DNA of 32,000 nt, taken from positions 122,346 through 154,345 of the forward strand of contig NZ_JAVTSQ010000009.1 in the NCBI RefSeq assembly GCF_032678445.1. The letters are read 5' to 3'. Of the stretch, positions 8,305 to 17,963 are shown one piece after another; position 1 is the first letter of the stretch, and each line of letters starts with the position of its first letter. The translations under genes and the position numbers were made by a program. This stretch comes from Pedobacter nutrimenti (GTDB taxonomy: Bacteria; Bacteroidota; Bacteroidia; Sphingobacteriales; Sphingobacteriaceae). Under the pieces are notes generated by a model. The model did not search any database. It was given only the letters and a program-made list of their open reading frames with translations, and had not been told where the DNA came from.

Positions 8305-8375
8305 TTGCCTTAAAGATTCTATCTTTAACAACAGGATGTCTATTCATAACAAAGACGATCGGAAAATAACCAGAT

Positions 8376-9986
8376 ATGCTGAATAAAATTGGGATGGCTG
8401 CGGTGTTCAGGACTGCTGTTCTTGCTGCTTTATTTTTAATTTGTATTTCTTGCTTTGGTCAATCTGAAAGAGATCCGGTGAAGCAGAAAATTGCCTTATT
8501 GAACCAGAAAGCAAAACGCCTGAATCAGGACTCTACCAATCAGGCTATTGCTTATGCTTATCAAGCCTACCTGCTGGCTTACGAGAATAAGTTAAAGGAG
8601 CAGGAAGCGGATGCGATGGTGATCCTTGCTGAAGGTTATTTGTACAATGATATTTACGATCTGGCACTTGAATATGGCTTTAAGGCGCTGGAAATCTATA
8701 AAGTCAAAGGAACCCGGGAGCAGATTGCCGCCAACTATACTTTGCTGGGCTGGATCTATTATGATGTGGAAAATGCGGAACTTTCATTGAAATATCATAC
8801 CATGGCTTATGAGCTGTATAAGAAAATTCATAATGAAAATAAAGCATCGGTTTCTTTAAATGGTATTGGCCTGAGCTATCAGTTAAAAAATGAGTTTAAA
8901 AAGGCGGCTGCTTACTTTAAGCAGGTATTGGCCGAAGCGGAACGTCTTCATAAAAAAGTACTGATCAGTGCGGCTTATAATAATTTGGGCATCAGCAGCA
9001 ATAACGAAGATGACTATAACCAGGCTATTCTTTACTTTCATAAATCACTGGAATATTCAACAGGGCAGGTGCTTTCTCTTGCAGAAGTTCATAACCAGAT
9101 GGCTTTTTCGCTGGTGAAGCTCGGTCGTTATAAGGATGCAAAAGAATCATTGGATAAAGCGCTGTTTTATATCAGCCAATCCAGTTCCAACTCTAAAAAG
9201 GAAAACCTGCTCGACAATTATAAAGTTTCCTCACAGCTCTATCAGTTAACTGGTGACTACCAAAAAGCTTATGAAAATATCCAAAAATACAATGCCATAA
9301 GAGAGGAATTCCTATCCAAGAACAAAGTAAATGCTTTGCTCTCTATGACGATGAAGAGGGAAGCCCAGGATAAAGAGCGGCAAATCAAAGCACTTTCCCT
9401 GGAGAAGAGCCTGAAATCTTATCAGCGGAACACATTGGCCATTATTATTGTGCTGTTGGTTATAATTGGGTTTCTGCTGTATAATAAGCTGCGGAGCAGG
9501 CAAAGAAAGAATACAGAGCTTGCAGAAATTAAACAGCAAGCCTTAAATAATAAATTAGAGTTCAACAATATGGAGCTGAAAAATTATGCTCTATATATGT
9601 CACATCGGAATGAGCTTATTACAAATTTTATTGAGGAATTAAGCGTACTGGACAAATCCGGTTCTGCAGAAATATCCTTAAAACTGCATAAGTTGATCCA
9701 CAAATTTCGGTATGACATTAATATTGAAAAATACGTGGAAGATTTCAATTTGCAGATAGAAACCAAATACCGGGATTTCTTTTACAACCTGCAGCAGAAA
9801 TTTCCTGATCTTACTCAAAACGAACGCCGGCTTTGTGCGCAGATCCGTCTAAGTTTGTCGATCAAAGAAATTGCCTCTCTGAACAATATTTCTGTTAAGT
9901 CAGCTGAAATGGCGAGGTACCGTTTGCGTAAACATTTTGGGCTGAATCCTACCGACAGTCTCAATGATTTCCTGAAATCTTTCTAA
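8376..9986 (+). CDS. Single-pass transmembrane regulator: signal peptide, extracytoplasmic TPR repeats, TM helix, cytoplasmic LuxR/GerE-type HTH
   Basis: Repeated TPR-like A/Y/L patterns occur (for example AIAYAYQAYLLAY and AAAYFKQVLAEAE). The TM helix is LAIIIVLLVIIGFLLY. The C-terminus LTQNERRLCAQIRLSLSIKEIASLNNISVKSAEMARYRLRKHFGL is a LuxR-type HTH. Confidence 0.85.
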   Translation: MLNKIGMAAVFRTAVLAALFLICISCFGQSERDPVKQKIALLNQKAKRLNQDSTNQAIAYAYQAYLLAYENKLKEQEADAMVILAEGYLYNDIYDLALEYGFKALEIYKVKGTREQIAANYTLLGWIYYDVENAELSLKYHTMAYELYKKIHNENKASVSLNGIGLSYQLKNEFKKAAAYFKQVLAEAERLHKKVLISAAYNNLGISSNNEDDYNQAILYFHKSLEYSTGQVLSLAEVHNQMAFSLVKLGRYKDAKESLDKALFYISQSSSNSKKENLLDNYKVSSQLYQLTGDYQKAYENIQKYNAIREEFLSKNKVNALLSMTMKREAQDKERQIKALSLEKSLKSYQRNTLAIIIVLLVIIGFLLYNKLRSRQRKNTELAEIKQQALNNKLEFNNMELKNYALYMSHRNELITNFIEELSVLDKSGSAEISLKLHKLIHKFRYDINIEKYVEDFNLQIETKYRDFFYNLQQKFPDLTQNERRLCAQIRLSLSIKEIASLNNISVKSAEMARYRLRKHFGLNPTDSLNDFLKSF

Positions 9987-10023
9987 TTTCAAAATGTTGC
10001 CTTAAATGGCTTCTATCGCCACA

Positions 10024-10067
10024 TGTAGAGGTCGTGTAGGGGTAGTTTATGTTCGATGTAGGGGTAG
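10024..10067 (+). promoter_or_regulatory. Three direct repeats of TGTAGRGGT(AG) upstream of susC; candidate operator or activator sites
   Basis: The copies are TGTAGAGGT at 10024, TGTAGGGGTAG at 10035 and TGTAGGGGTAG at 10057. Start-to-start spacings are 11 and 22 bp. A partial fourth copy, TGTAGC, lies at 10115. Confidence 0.5.
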
Positions 10068-10097
10068 GTCCCTTCGTTTTTTGCCTTATGTAATCTT

Positions 10098-10105
10098 TAG
10101 GTTTG
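10098..10105 (+). promoter_or_regulatory. Candidate -7 promoter box (TAGGTTTG) for the susC operon
   Basis: It is a perfect TAnnTTTG match 59 nt upstream of ATG 10164. A TTTG lies at 10080-10083, but the spacing is shorter than the consensus. Confidence 0.35.
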
Positions 10106-10163
10106 AGTAACCAATGTAGCCAGGCCAGAGGTCTGGATATTTATCAACTTCAAACCAAATATT

Positions 10164-13100
10164 ATGATTAAAAATTTACGATGGTCAATTCATTTCCTTT
10201 TTGGGCTGCTTCTGATCTTCCTGGGAGGAAGTGTCTATGCCCAGAATACCCTGGTTAAAGGGCAAGTCTTAAATGAGATCGATCAGCCGGTAGCCGGCAT
10301 TAGCATCAAAATAAAAGGGAGTACTACAGGAACCACGTCAGCCGCAGATGGTAGTTTTTCGATCAGAGCGGGTGCAAAGGACATTCTGATTTTCTCGGCG
10401 GTCAGTTTTAAAACACAGGAAATCCCCGTTGTTCCAGGGAAAGACATCACCGTAAAGATGATCATGGACATGAAGGGGCTGGACGAAGTGGTTGTGGTGG
10501 GCTATGGTACACAGAAAAAAAGCAACCTGACCAGTGCGGTCAGTTCTGTAAGCGGAGAAAAGCTAGACCAGGTCGCTTCCAATAATCCTGTAAATGCTTT
10601 ACAGGGCCGTGTAGCGGGCTTATCTGTCAGCAGCCCAGGAGGCAATCCAGGCCAGTCTTCGGATGTTCGTTTAAGAGGTGTAGGAACTTTTGGCGCACAC
10701 CAGCCATTGTACATCATTGACGGTGTTCCGGGCGACCCATATTATTTGAGCAGTAATGATGTTGCTTCCGTTGAGGTGCTGAAGGACGGTGCTGCCGCCT
10801 CTATCTATGGCTCTAATAGTGCCAACGGGGTCATCCTCATCACCACCAAAAAAGGTAAAAAAGGGGCGCCAATAATTGATTTTTCAGGTTATTACAGCGC
10901 GGTTAATCCGACAAAGAAATACAGTTTCCTGGATGCCAATGGCTATAAGCAGGTGCACAATCAGATGTATACCAATGCCGGCGAATCAGCACCGGATTTT
11001 CCTGCGTATATCACCAAAGCCAGCAATAACAATACCGACTGGCAGAAGCTGATCAACCGTCAGGGCATTTCACAAAACTACAATCTGGGTTTAAATGGAG
11101 GAGGAGATTATCTGACCTATGCTTTGAGTGGTGACCTGACCGACGATAAAGGGACATTTATTGGTTCTGGTTTTAACAAAAAATCCTTTAAATCAAGGAA
11201 TGATTTTACAAAGGGCATACTGACTGTAGGAAGTAACATTACGTATACGGAAACCATGTCTGAGCCAGCAAAATTTGATGTTAAAGATGCCTATTTCCAG
11301 TCACCTTTACTACCGGTATACGACACCAAGGAAAAATACGGATACGGATTAACCGAAAACGGTCTGCCTAAATTTCAGAATCCGATAGCGGCTGATCATT
11401 TCCTGGAAGCCAATACCAAAATTAAATACCTGGCCGCCAATATGAAGGTAGGACTTCAGTTGTATAAGGGCCTGAAGTATACCGCTAACCTCAGTTATAT
11501 TTCTTCACAGCAGGAAGATTATTCCCACCATCCGCCCTATAGAGCCAATGCCAACGATCCTGCGGTGTCTTATCCACAGGTATATGACAGGATCTCCAAT
11601 TATAAAGAACGTTTGATGGAGCATTTGCTCAACTATGACTTTGATATCGATAAACATAGTTTTAAATTACTTGCAGGTTATACCGCACAGGAGAAAACCA
11701 ACCGGTACCTGAGCGCAACTGTAGATGGCAAGACCATTGTCCGCACGGTGGTTAATGGCAAAATTGTTGAAACCGAAGTGCCGGCAGGTTTTAGCAATCC
11801 TGATTTTAATACGATTAATGCAGGCCTGGGCGGTACTTTTAATGCTACCGGGTCCAACAATAAATATGTTCGCCTGTCTACACTGGGTAGATTTAACTAT
11901 GCCTACGACAATAAATATTTGTTACAGGTTTCCGTGCGCCGGGATGGTTCTTCTGTATTTGGAGAGGACAGAAGATATGGAGTATTCCCTTCCGTATCTG
12001 CGGGCTGGAACATTAACAAAGAGAATTTCCTAAAAGAAATAACCTGGTTAAATGCTTTAAAACTCAGGGCAAGTTATGGCGAACTGGGTAATGAAGGCGC
12101 ATTGGGCTTTTATGACCATCAGGCCTTGATCACGACCGACAACACCTGGGCAGGAGGTTATGTACAAGGCTCGGGGGCCACGCCATGGCCAGGTTCGGCC
12201 AGCTATTCTCTGCTGAACAGGGATTTGCGCTGGGAAACTATAAAATCTAAAAATATTGGACTTGACTTTGGTCTGTTCAACAATGCGCTGACCGGATCGT
12301 TAAACTATTTTAACAACACAACCGATGGATTGCTGATCACCAAAGAGGTGCCGCCATCGGCTGGATTAAACAATCCCATCCTGAACGTAGGCAAGATCGC
12401 CAATAAAGGACTGGAACTGGAAGCCAATTATAAATTCTCAAGAGAAGACTGGCATTTTGATTTTGGTGGTGCGTTCAGTTTGTTGAGAAACAGAGTGATC
12501 AGCCTGGCCAATGCAGATCAGATATTGATGGGAACCGGATTAAGGTATGGAACAGACCATATCCCTACACAAACCAGGGTAGGTAAAGAAATTGGTGCTT
12601 TCTATCTGTATGAAGCCAATGGTTTGTTTCAGTCTGATGCAGAAGCTGCCAACTATAAAAATTCAGCTGGCGAGCGTTTACAGCCGGATGCTAAAGCTGG
12701 TGATGTGAGGTTCCGGGATACCAATGGAGACGGGGTAATTGATGAGAAAGACAAGACTTACCAAGGCTCAGGTTTTGCCAGAGTGGAATACAGCTTAAAC
12801 ATGAGCGTAAATTATAAGAATTTTGACTTGTCACTTTTCTGGCAGGGTGTAGGTGGCAATAAGATTTATAATGGTAACCGTTTTGAATTGGAAGGTATGG
12901 ATGCCGGAAGAAATTTCCTTTCTACCACTCTGGATGCCTGGACACCTCAGCACACCAATACAGATATGCCTCGTGCAGTGCTTGGTGATCCAAATGGCAA
13001 TGCCAGAGAATCGACCCGTTTTTTGGAAAATGGAGCTTATCTCCGGTTAAAACTGGTACAATTGGGTTATACGCTTCCGGCTAAGGTGCTTCAAAAGATG

Positions 13101-13271
13101 AAGGTCAACCGATTGAGGGTGTATTTAAGTGCCCAAAACCTGATTACGATCACTAAATATTCAGGTCTTGATCCCGAAGTGGGCAATTTCACCGTACTGG
13201 ATACAGGGGTAGACCGTATGCTTTATCCTCAGAATAAGAGATTACTGGCTGGTCTTCAACTAACTTTTTAA
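10164..13271 (+). CDS. susC: SusC/RagA-family TonB-dependent outer-membrane transporter
   Basis: It has a signal peptide and an N-terminal carboxypeptidase-regulatory-like domain (GQVLNEIDQPVAGISIKIKGSTTGTTS). The plug motif DEVVVVGYGTQKKSNLTSAVSSV is present. The protein is 1035 aa, ends in an aromatic residue (LQLTF) and is immediately followed by susD. Confidence 0.97.
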   Translation: MIKNLRWSIHFLFGLLLIFLGGSVYAQNTLVKGQVLNEIDQPVAGISIKIKGSTTGTTSAADGSFSIRAGAKDILIFSAVSFKTQEIPVVPGKDITVKMIMDMKGLDEVVVVGYGTQKKSNLTSAVSSVSGEKLDQVASNNPVNALQGRVAGLSVSSPGGNPGQSSDVRLRGVGTFGAHQPLYIIDGVPGDPYYLSSNDVASVEVLKDGAAASIYGSNSANGVILITTKKGKKGAPIIDFSGYYSAVNPTKKYSFLDANGYKQVHNQMYTNAGESAPDFPAYITKASNNNTDWQKLINRQGISQNYNLGLNGGGDYLTYALSGDLTDDKGTFIGSGFNKKSFKSRNDFTKGILTVGSNITYTETMSEPAKFDVKDAYFQSPLLPVYDTKEKYGYGLTENGLPKFQNPIAADHFLEANTKIKYLAANMKVGLQLYKGLKYTANLSYISSQQEDYSHHPPYRANANDPAVSYPQVYDRISNYKERLMEHLLNYDFDIDKHSFKLLAGYTAQEKTNRYLSATVDGKTIVRTVVNGKIVETEVPAGFSNPDFNTINAGLGGTFNATGSNNKYVRLSTLGRFNYAYDNKYLLQVSVRRDGSSVFGEDRRYGVFPSVSAGWNINKENFLKEITWLNALKLRASYGELGNEGALGFYDHQALITTDNTWAGGYVQGSGATPWPGSASYSLLNRDLRWETIKSKNIGLDFGLFNNALTGSLNYFNNTTDGLLITKEVPPSAGLNNPILNVGKIANKGLELEANYKFSREDWHFDFGGAFSLLRNRVISLANADQILMGTGLRYGTDHIPTQTRVGKEIGAFYLYEANGLFQSDAEAANYKNSAGERLQPDAKAGDVRFRDTNGDGVIDEKDKTYQGSGFARVEYSLNMSVNYKNFDLSLFWQGVGGNKIYNGNRFELEGMDAGRNFLSTTLDAWTPQHTNTDMPRAVLGDPNGNARESTRFLENGAYLRLKLVQLGYTLPAKVLQKMKVNRLRVYLSAQNLITITKYSGLDPEVGNFTVLDTGVDRMLYPQNKRLLAGLQLTF

Positions 13272-13288
13272 CCTAATTCTATTTTCTG

Positions 13289-14800
13289 ATGAACACAAAA
13301 AAACTATATATAGTCCTTTGCCTGCTGCTGGCAGTTGCAGGATGTAAAAAAAGTGAACTGGAACAAAATATTCCTGACCAGTTAACTGTAGATAATTTCT
13401 GGACCAGTAAAGAACATGCTTTGTCTGGGCTAGCTTCGGCCTATTCCCAACTGGAAGGCTTTGTTGCCTGGGATAATTACGTAGAAGCCCGCTCGGTAAG
13501 GGAGTTTTACCGGGAAGATTATGTGGTTCCTGGAGCTGATGCCTATAACTATCCCTGGTGGACCGAGCATTATAATTTTAATTTCACCTCCGGAAACTAT
13601 GCTATAGATCTGCTTTGGAGAGAAAACTACAAGGGCATCAATTTTTCCAATCAGGTGATTGAAGGCCTGGTTAAAATGAGCAGTACGGCAATTGATGACG
13701 CCAGTAAGAATCAATATTTAGCAGAAGCGAAATTCCTGAGGGCCTATTATCATTTTAAACTGCTTAATAATTTCAGCAAGGTCATTATTCGGGACAAAGT
13801 CCCTACTTCAGAAGCTGACTTGTCTAAACCTTTTTCTTCCCGTGCGGAAGTCTATGATTTTATTTTGAAAGACTTGAAAGAAGCAGAGCCGAATCTTCCT
13901 TTAAGATCTGCCCGTCCGGCTACAGAACTGGGCAGGGTTACTAAAGGGGCTGCTGAAGCTTATTTAGGCAAAGTATATCTCTATCGCGCAGGCGAAGACA
14001 AAAACAACGCTTATTATACGGAGTCTGCTGGTTGGCTGCAGAAAGTAATTCTTTCCACAGAATATAGCCTGGATCCCAAGTTTGTGGACATGTTTAATGG
14101 CGTGACTAAAAACAGTGTAGAGTCTATTTTTGAATTGCAGCAGACAGCTGATGCTTCGAGCGGGGCTTATTACCGTTCTTATCTGAGCGATTGGGTGGCC
14201 GCATCAGAATTGGGTGGCTACGGCGAAATCTACGGTACACCACGTTTGCTGAACGAGATGACCAAGGAAGGAAAAATAGCCAGTGGTAAATACGATGCAA
14301 GGGTATACCAGACTTTGTATTTCAATGATCCTTATTTTAACAATCCTGCAGATCCGCAGATTTACGGAAGTACCTACAACGCATTATTTGGTGCAACAGC
14401 AAAGACAATTGCTTTTCGTAAATGGATACCGGCAACTCCAGATCGTATTGGTTTATCCAATGCCATCAATTTTCCTTTAATGCGTTATGCCGATGTGTTA
14501 TTGATGTATGCAGAAGTTTTAAATGCGCAGAACAATGCTGAGGCTTCTAAGTACATCAACCTGGTGCGTAAAAGGGCTGGTTTGCCAGATGCGCCTTCGG
14601 GCAACCAGCAAACGGTATTTAACCAGATTGTACATGAAAGAGTGATGGAATTTACCCTGGAGGGCAGCCGGTTTTATGATCTGAGAAGATGGGGCCTGCT
14701 CAGCCAGAATATGCAAGCCGCAGGAAGAAGTTTCAGCCCCGATAAGGCCTTTTATCCAACACCGCTTAAAGAGGTGACCAACAACCCTGACGCTCAATAA
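13289..14800 (+). CDS. susD: SusD/RagB-family outer-membrane glycan-binding lipoprotein
   Basis: It has a lipoprotein signal (LLLAVAGCKK) and the SusD-like motif LKFLRAYYHFKLLNNF. The C-terminal MRYADVLLMYAEVLN...ERVMEFTLEGSRFYDLRRWG is typical of the family. It lies 17 nt after susC. Confidence 0.93.
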   Translation: MNTKKLYIVLCLLLAVAGCKKSELEQNIPDQLTVDNFWTSKEHALSGLASAYSQLEGFVAWDNYVEARSVREFYREDYVVPGADAYNYPWWTEHYNFNFTSGNYAIDLLWRENYKGINFSNQVIEGLVKMSSTAIDDASKNQYLAEAKFLRAYYHFKLLNNFSKVIIRDKVPTSEADLSKPFSSRAEVYDFILKDLKEAEPNLPLRSARPATELGRVTKGAAEAYLGKVYLYRAGEDKNNAYYTESAGWLQKVILSTEYSLDPKFVDMFNGVTKNSVESIFELQQTADASSGAYYRSYLSDWVAASELGGYGEIYGTPRLLNEMTKEGKIASGKYDARVYQTLYFNDPYFNNPADPQIYGSTYNALFGATAKTIAFRKWIPATPDRIGLSNAINFPLMRYADVLLMYAEVLNAQNNAEASKYINLVRKRAGLPDAPSGNQQTVFNQIVHERVMEFTLEGSRFYDLRRWGLLSQNMQAAGRSFSPDKAFYPTPLKEVTNNPDAQ

Positions 14801-14822
14801 ATAAGATCTGAATCTATCATTT

Positions 14823-14846
14823 GGAAGGCTATGAAAATAGCCTTCC
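14823..14846 (+). other. Perfect 10-bp stem with a GAAA tetraloop in the susD/GH2 junction
   Basis: GGAAGGCTAT (14823-14832), GAAA, then ATAGCCTTCC (14837-14846). The stem contains the first in-frame ATG (14831) of the GH2 ORF. No U-tract follows. Confidence 0.7.
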
Positions 14847-14860
14847 ATCATTATATGCCC

Positions 14861-17800
14861 ATGAAATGTCTTAAATTCTTTGTTTTACTTTGCTTCGCCT
14901 TGTTCCTGACGCCTGTGCTGATGAAAGGGCAGAATGCAGACTGGGAAAATCCATCCATACCCTCCAGGAACGTGGTAAAGCCTCATGCCTGGTTTCTTCC
15001 AAATCAGCCCCTGTTGCAATCTTTGGATGGGATGTGGAGGTTTAAAATCGTTCAGAATCCATCATTAAGGTCTTTGGATTTTTTTAAAGATACAGATCAG
15101 ACCAAAGACTGGGGTCAGATAAAGGTTCCTGCACACTGGCAAACCGAAGGTTACGATAAATACATTTTCACAGATGTGGAATATCCTATCCCGCCAAACC
15201 CACCCTTTGTACCTAAAGATTATAATCCGGTTGGATCTTATCAGCGTGATTTTATCCTGGATCCCGACTGGGCAGATAAACAGGTATTTATCCATCTCGG
15301 TGCGGTTAACTCCTTCTTCTATATATGGATCAATGGACAGCTGATGGGTTTCAGCAAAGACAGCAAGACACCAACAGAGTTTGACATTACCAAAGCCTTG
15401 AAAAAAGGTAAGAATACGGTGTCCCTGCAAGTGTTTCGCTTCAGCGATGCGACCTATCTGGAAGGACAGGATATGTGGAAGTTAAGTGGGATTGAAAGAA
15501 GTGTCTTCCTGATCGCAAGACCTGTTTTTCACATTGCGGATTTTAGCATCAAAGCGACACTGGACAGTGCCTATCAGAACGGGCTTTTTGACCTGAATGT
15601 CGAATTCAACAAACGACCCGCAAAAAGCGAAACAGGCAGTCTAAAGGTAGAACTGACGGATGTTTCAGGAAAAGCGGTTTTCCAGCAAAATCAGCAGCTG
15701 AAATCTGGGGAGCGTTTTAATTTTGCTTCGAAGATCAATGCAGTTAGGGCTTGGAACGCCGAACATCCAAATCTATACACCCTTACCATCAGGCATCTGG
15801 ATGCACAGGGGGCAGAAGTAGAAAGTATTACCCGTCAAATTGGCTTTAGAACAACCGAAGTTAAAGGTGGGCTTTTTCTACTCAATGGCCAGGCCATTAA
15901 AATCAAAGGCGTAAATCGCCACGAGCACAATATGCTGACGGGTAAGGTAATTACAGAAGCCGATATGCTTCGGGACATTCGCCTCATGAAGCAAATGAAC
16001 ATTAATGCGGTAAGGGCCAGTCATTATCCGAATGGAGAACGCTGGTATGAACTCTGTGACCAGTACGGTTTATATGTTATTGACGAGGTGAATCTGGAAT
16101 GCGATGGTATGAGTTTTACGCCGATGGAGACGCTTTCAGGTCAGCCGGAATGGAAAAATTCCTATATGGACCGTACTCAGCGTATGTGGGAGCGTGACAA
16201 AAACTTTACCTGTATCATTACCTGGTCTTTGGGCAATGAAAGTGGATTTGGGCCCAATTTTGTAGCCACTTACAATTGGATCAAGTCAAGAGACAAGACT
16301 CGTCCGGTGCAATATGAAGCCACAAAAGATGAACATTACTCAGACATCTGGTGTCCAATGTACAAATCCATTAGTATTATGGAGAACTATGTGAAAACCT
16401 GGAGAACCAGACCGATGATTCAGTGCGAGTATGCCCATATGATGGGCAACAGCGGGGGTAATTTAAAAGACGACTGGGATTTGATCTATAAGCATAAACA
16501 GTTACAGGGTGGTTTTATCTGGGATTTTTCTGATCAGACTTTTGCCCGTAAGGATGAAAAAGGCAATAAGATTTGGGCCTATGGCCGGGACATGGGGACT
16601 GTGGGCCTGACCAGCGATACCAGTTTTTGTGCCGACGGCTTGTTAAATTCAGATCGTACTTTCCATCCGCAGGCCTATGAATTACAAAAGGTTTATCAGA
16701 ATATTTCTTTCGAAAAGGTTGATCTTAAAAATTACAAGTTCAACATCAGAAACAGGTTTGACTTTACCAATTTATCGGCTTATGTCCTGCGCTGGTTCAT
16801 AAAAGGGGATGGGGCGTTAATCTGCTCGGGAAAACTACCTGAAACAGTACTTGGTCCGCAGGAGGAAAAGGAGATAAGTATAGAGGTGCCAGCATTTGAA
16901 GCTAAACCTGGCGTTGAATATTTCATGACGCTGGAAGCCTATACGGGAAATGCATCCGGGTTGTTAGACAAGGATTTCATTATAGCAAAAGAGCAGTTTA
17001 AACTTCCTTTTGAGGTTAAGGCGGTGGTCGCAGAGACAGGAAGAAGTGAAAAGTTGAAGAAACAAGTGGAGGGGGAGCATCTTCGCCTTTATGGGAAGGA
17101 TATCATGATTGGATTTAACCAAAAGACCGGCTTACTGGAAGCCTACGAGATTTCAGGCAGGCCTGTGATACAACAAGCTTTGGAACCGCATTTCTGGAGG
17201 GCAGCAACTGATAATGATATTGGCAACAGCCTGCAGATCCGGAGTAAGGTTTGGCAAAACGCTTTTCAGACTGCAGAACTGAAATCTTTTAAAAACACTA
17301 TGGCGGGTAAAGACAAGGCCGTTGTAGAGACGATACATGAGCTGCCTGCTGTAGGCAGTACCATCACCACCAGGTATATCGTTCATAGCAGTGGAGATGT
17401 AGAGGTGAGTTATCAGATGAAAACGGGCACCCGTTCTGTGGCTGAACCGCAAAGGATTGGTATGAGGATGATCCTGAACCCGGAATTTGATCAGGCCAGC
17501 TGGCTTGGCAAAGGGCCTTTTGATAATTATTCAGACCGGAACTATGCTGCACATACTGATGTGTATCGTATGCCCGCAGATTCTCTGTTTTATCCATATC
17601 CAAGGGCACAGGAGAGTGGTTACCGGACCAGTATCCGCTGGGTATCTCTGCAGAACAGAGATGGAGAAGGGCTAATGGCTATTGCAGGTACTTCGCTACT
17701 AAGTACAGGTATCCTGCATTTTGATATGAAGAATCTTGATTTTGATAAAAATGCACCAAGGAATGTGCATGGAGGATCTATGACCAATGAAAAGTTGATC

Positions 17801-17962
17801 TGGTGGAATATTGACCATCAGCAGATGGGAGTAGGTGGCGACAACAGCTGGGGAGCACAAACTCATCCGCAGTACAGGCTTCCCTACCAGGATTATTCCT
17901 ATTCTTTTACGTTGCGGCCAATTTTTAAAAATGAACAATTAACAGAAAGGGCTAAACCTTAA
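14861..17962 (+). CDS. lacZ: GH2 beta-galactosidase (LacZ-type), secreted or periplasmic
   Basis: The region NRHEHNMLTGKVITEADMLRDIRLMKQMNINAVRASHYPN matches LacZ. The acid/base motif WSLGNESG and the nucleophile motif CEYAHMMGNSGGN are present. C-terminal FWRAATDNDIG is the Bgal small-chain domain. I prefer the start MKCLKFFVLL at 14861, which gives a signal peptide. ATG 14831 (longest ORF) lies inside the hairpin, and ATG 14855 is also possible. Confidence 0.95.
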   Translation: MKCLKFFVLLCFALFLTPVLMKGQNADWENPSIPSRNVVKPHAWFLPNQPLLQSLDGMWRFKIVQNPSLRSLDFFKDTDQTKDWGQIKVPAHWQTEGYDKYIFTDVEYPIPPNPPFVPKDYNPVGSYQRDFILDPDWADKQVFIHLGAVNSFFYIWINGQLMGFSKDSKTPTEFDITKALKKGKNTVSLQVFRFSDATYLEGQDMWKLSGIERSVFLIARPVFHIADFSIKATLDSAYQNGLFDLNVEFNKRPAKSETGSLKVELTDVSGKAVFQQNQQLKSGERFNFASKINAVRAWNAEHPNLYTLTIRHLDAQGAEVESITRQIGFRTTEVKGGLFLLNGQAIKIKGVNRHEHNMLTGKVITEADMLRDIRLMKQMNINAVRASHYPNGERWYELCDQYGLYVIDEVNLECDGMSFTPMETLSGQPEWKNSYMDRTQRMWERDKNFTCIITWSLGNESGFGPNFVATYNWIKSRDKTRPVQYEATKDEHYSDIWCPMYKSISIMENYVKTWRTRPMIQCEYAHMMGNSGGNLKDDWDLIYKHKQLQGGFIWDFSDQTFARKDEKGNKIWAYGRDMGTVGLTSDTSFCADGLLNSDRTFHPQAYELQKVYQNISFEKVDLKNYKFNIRNRFDFTNLSAYVLRWFIKGDGALICSGKLPETVLGPQEEKEISIEVPAFEAKPGVEYFMTLEAYTGNASGLLDKDFIIAKEQFKLPFEVKAVVAETGRSEKLKKQVEGEHLRLYGKDIMIGFNQKTGLLEAYEISGRPVIQQALEPHFWRAATDNDIGNSLQIRSKVWQNAFQTAELKSFKNTMAGKDKAVVETIHELPAVGSTITTRYIVHSSGDVEVSYQMKTGTRSVAEPQRIGMRMILNPEFDQASWLGKGPFDNYSDRNYAAHTDVYRMPADSLFYPYPRAQESGYRTSIRWVSLQNRDGEGLMAIAGTSLLSTGILHFDMKNLDFDKNAPRNVHGGSMTNEKLIWWNIDHQQMGVGGDNSWGAQTHPQYRLPYQDYSYSFTLRPIFKNEQLTERAKP

Positions 17963-17963
17963 T

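Noticed and set aside
11725-13050. Plus-strand alternative-frame ORFs inside susC (11725-12033 and 12853-13050), and similar ones in other genes (5316-5513, 6333-6551, 14283-14480, 17487-17675).
   Set aside because: They are embedded in strongly supported genes in a different frame and contain no recognisable domains.
14831-14860. ATG 14831 as the beta-galactosidase start.
   Set aside because: That ATG is base-paired in the perfect 14823-14846 hairpin, and the extra residues (MKIAFHHYMP) precede an otherwise normal signal peptide. A start at 14855 or 14861 is more plausible, but 14831 cannot be excluded without experimental data.
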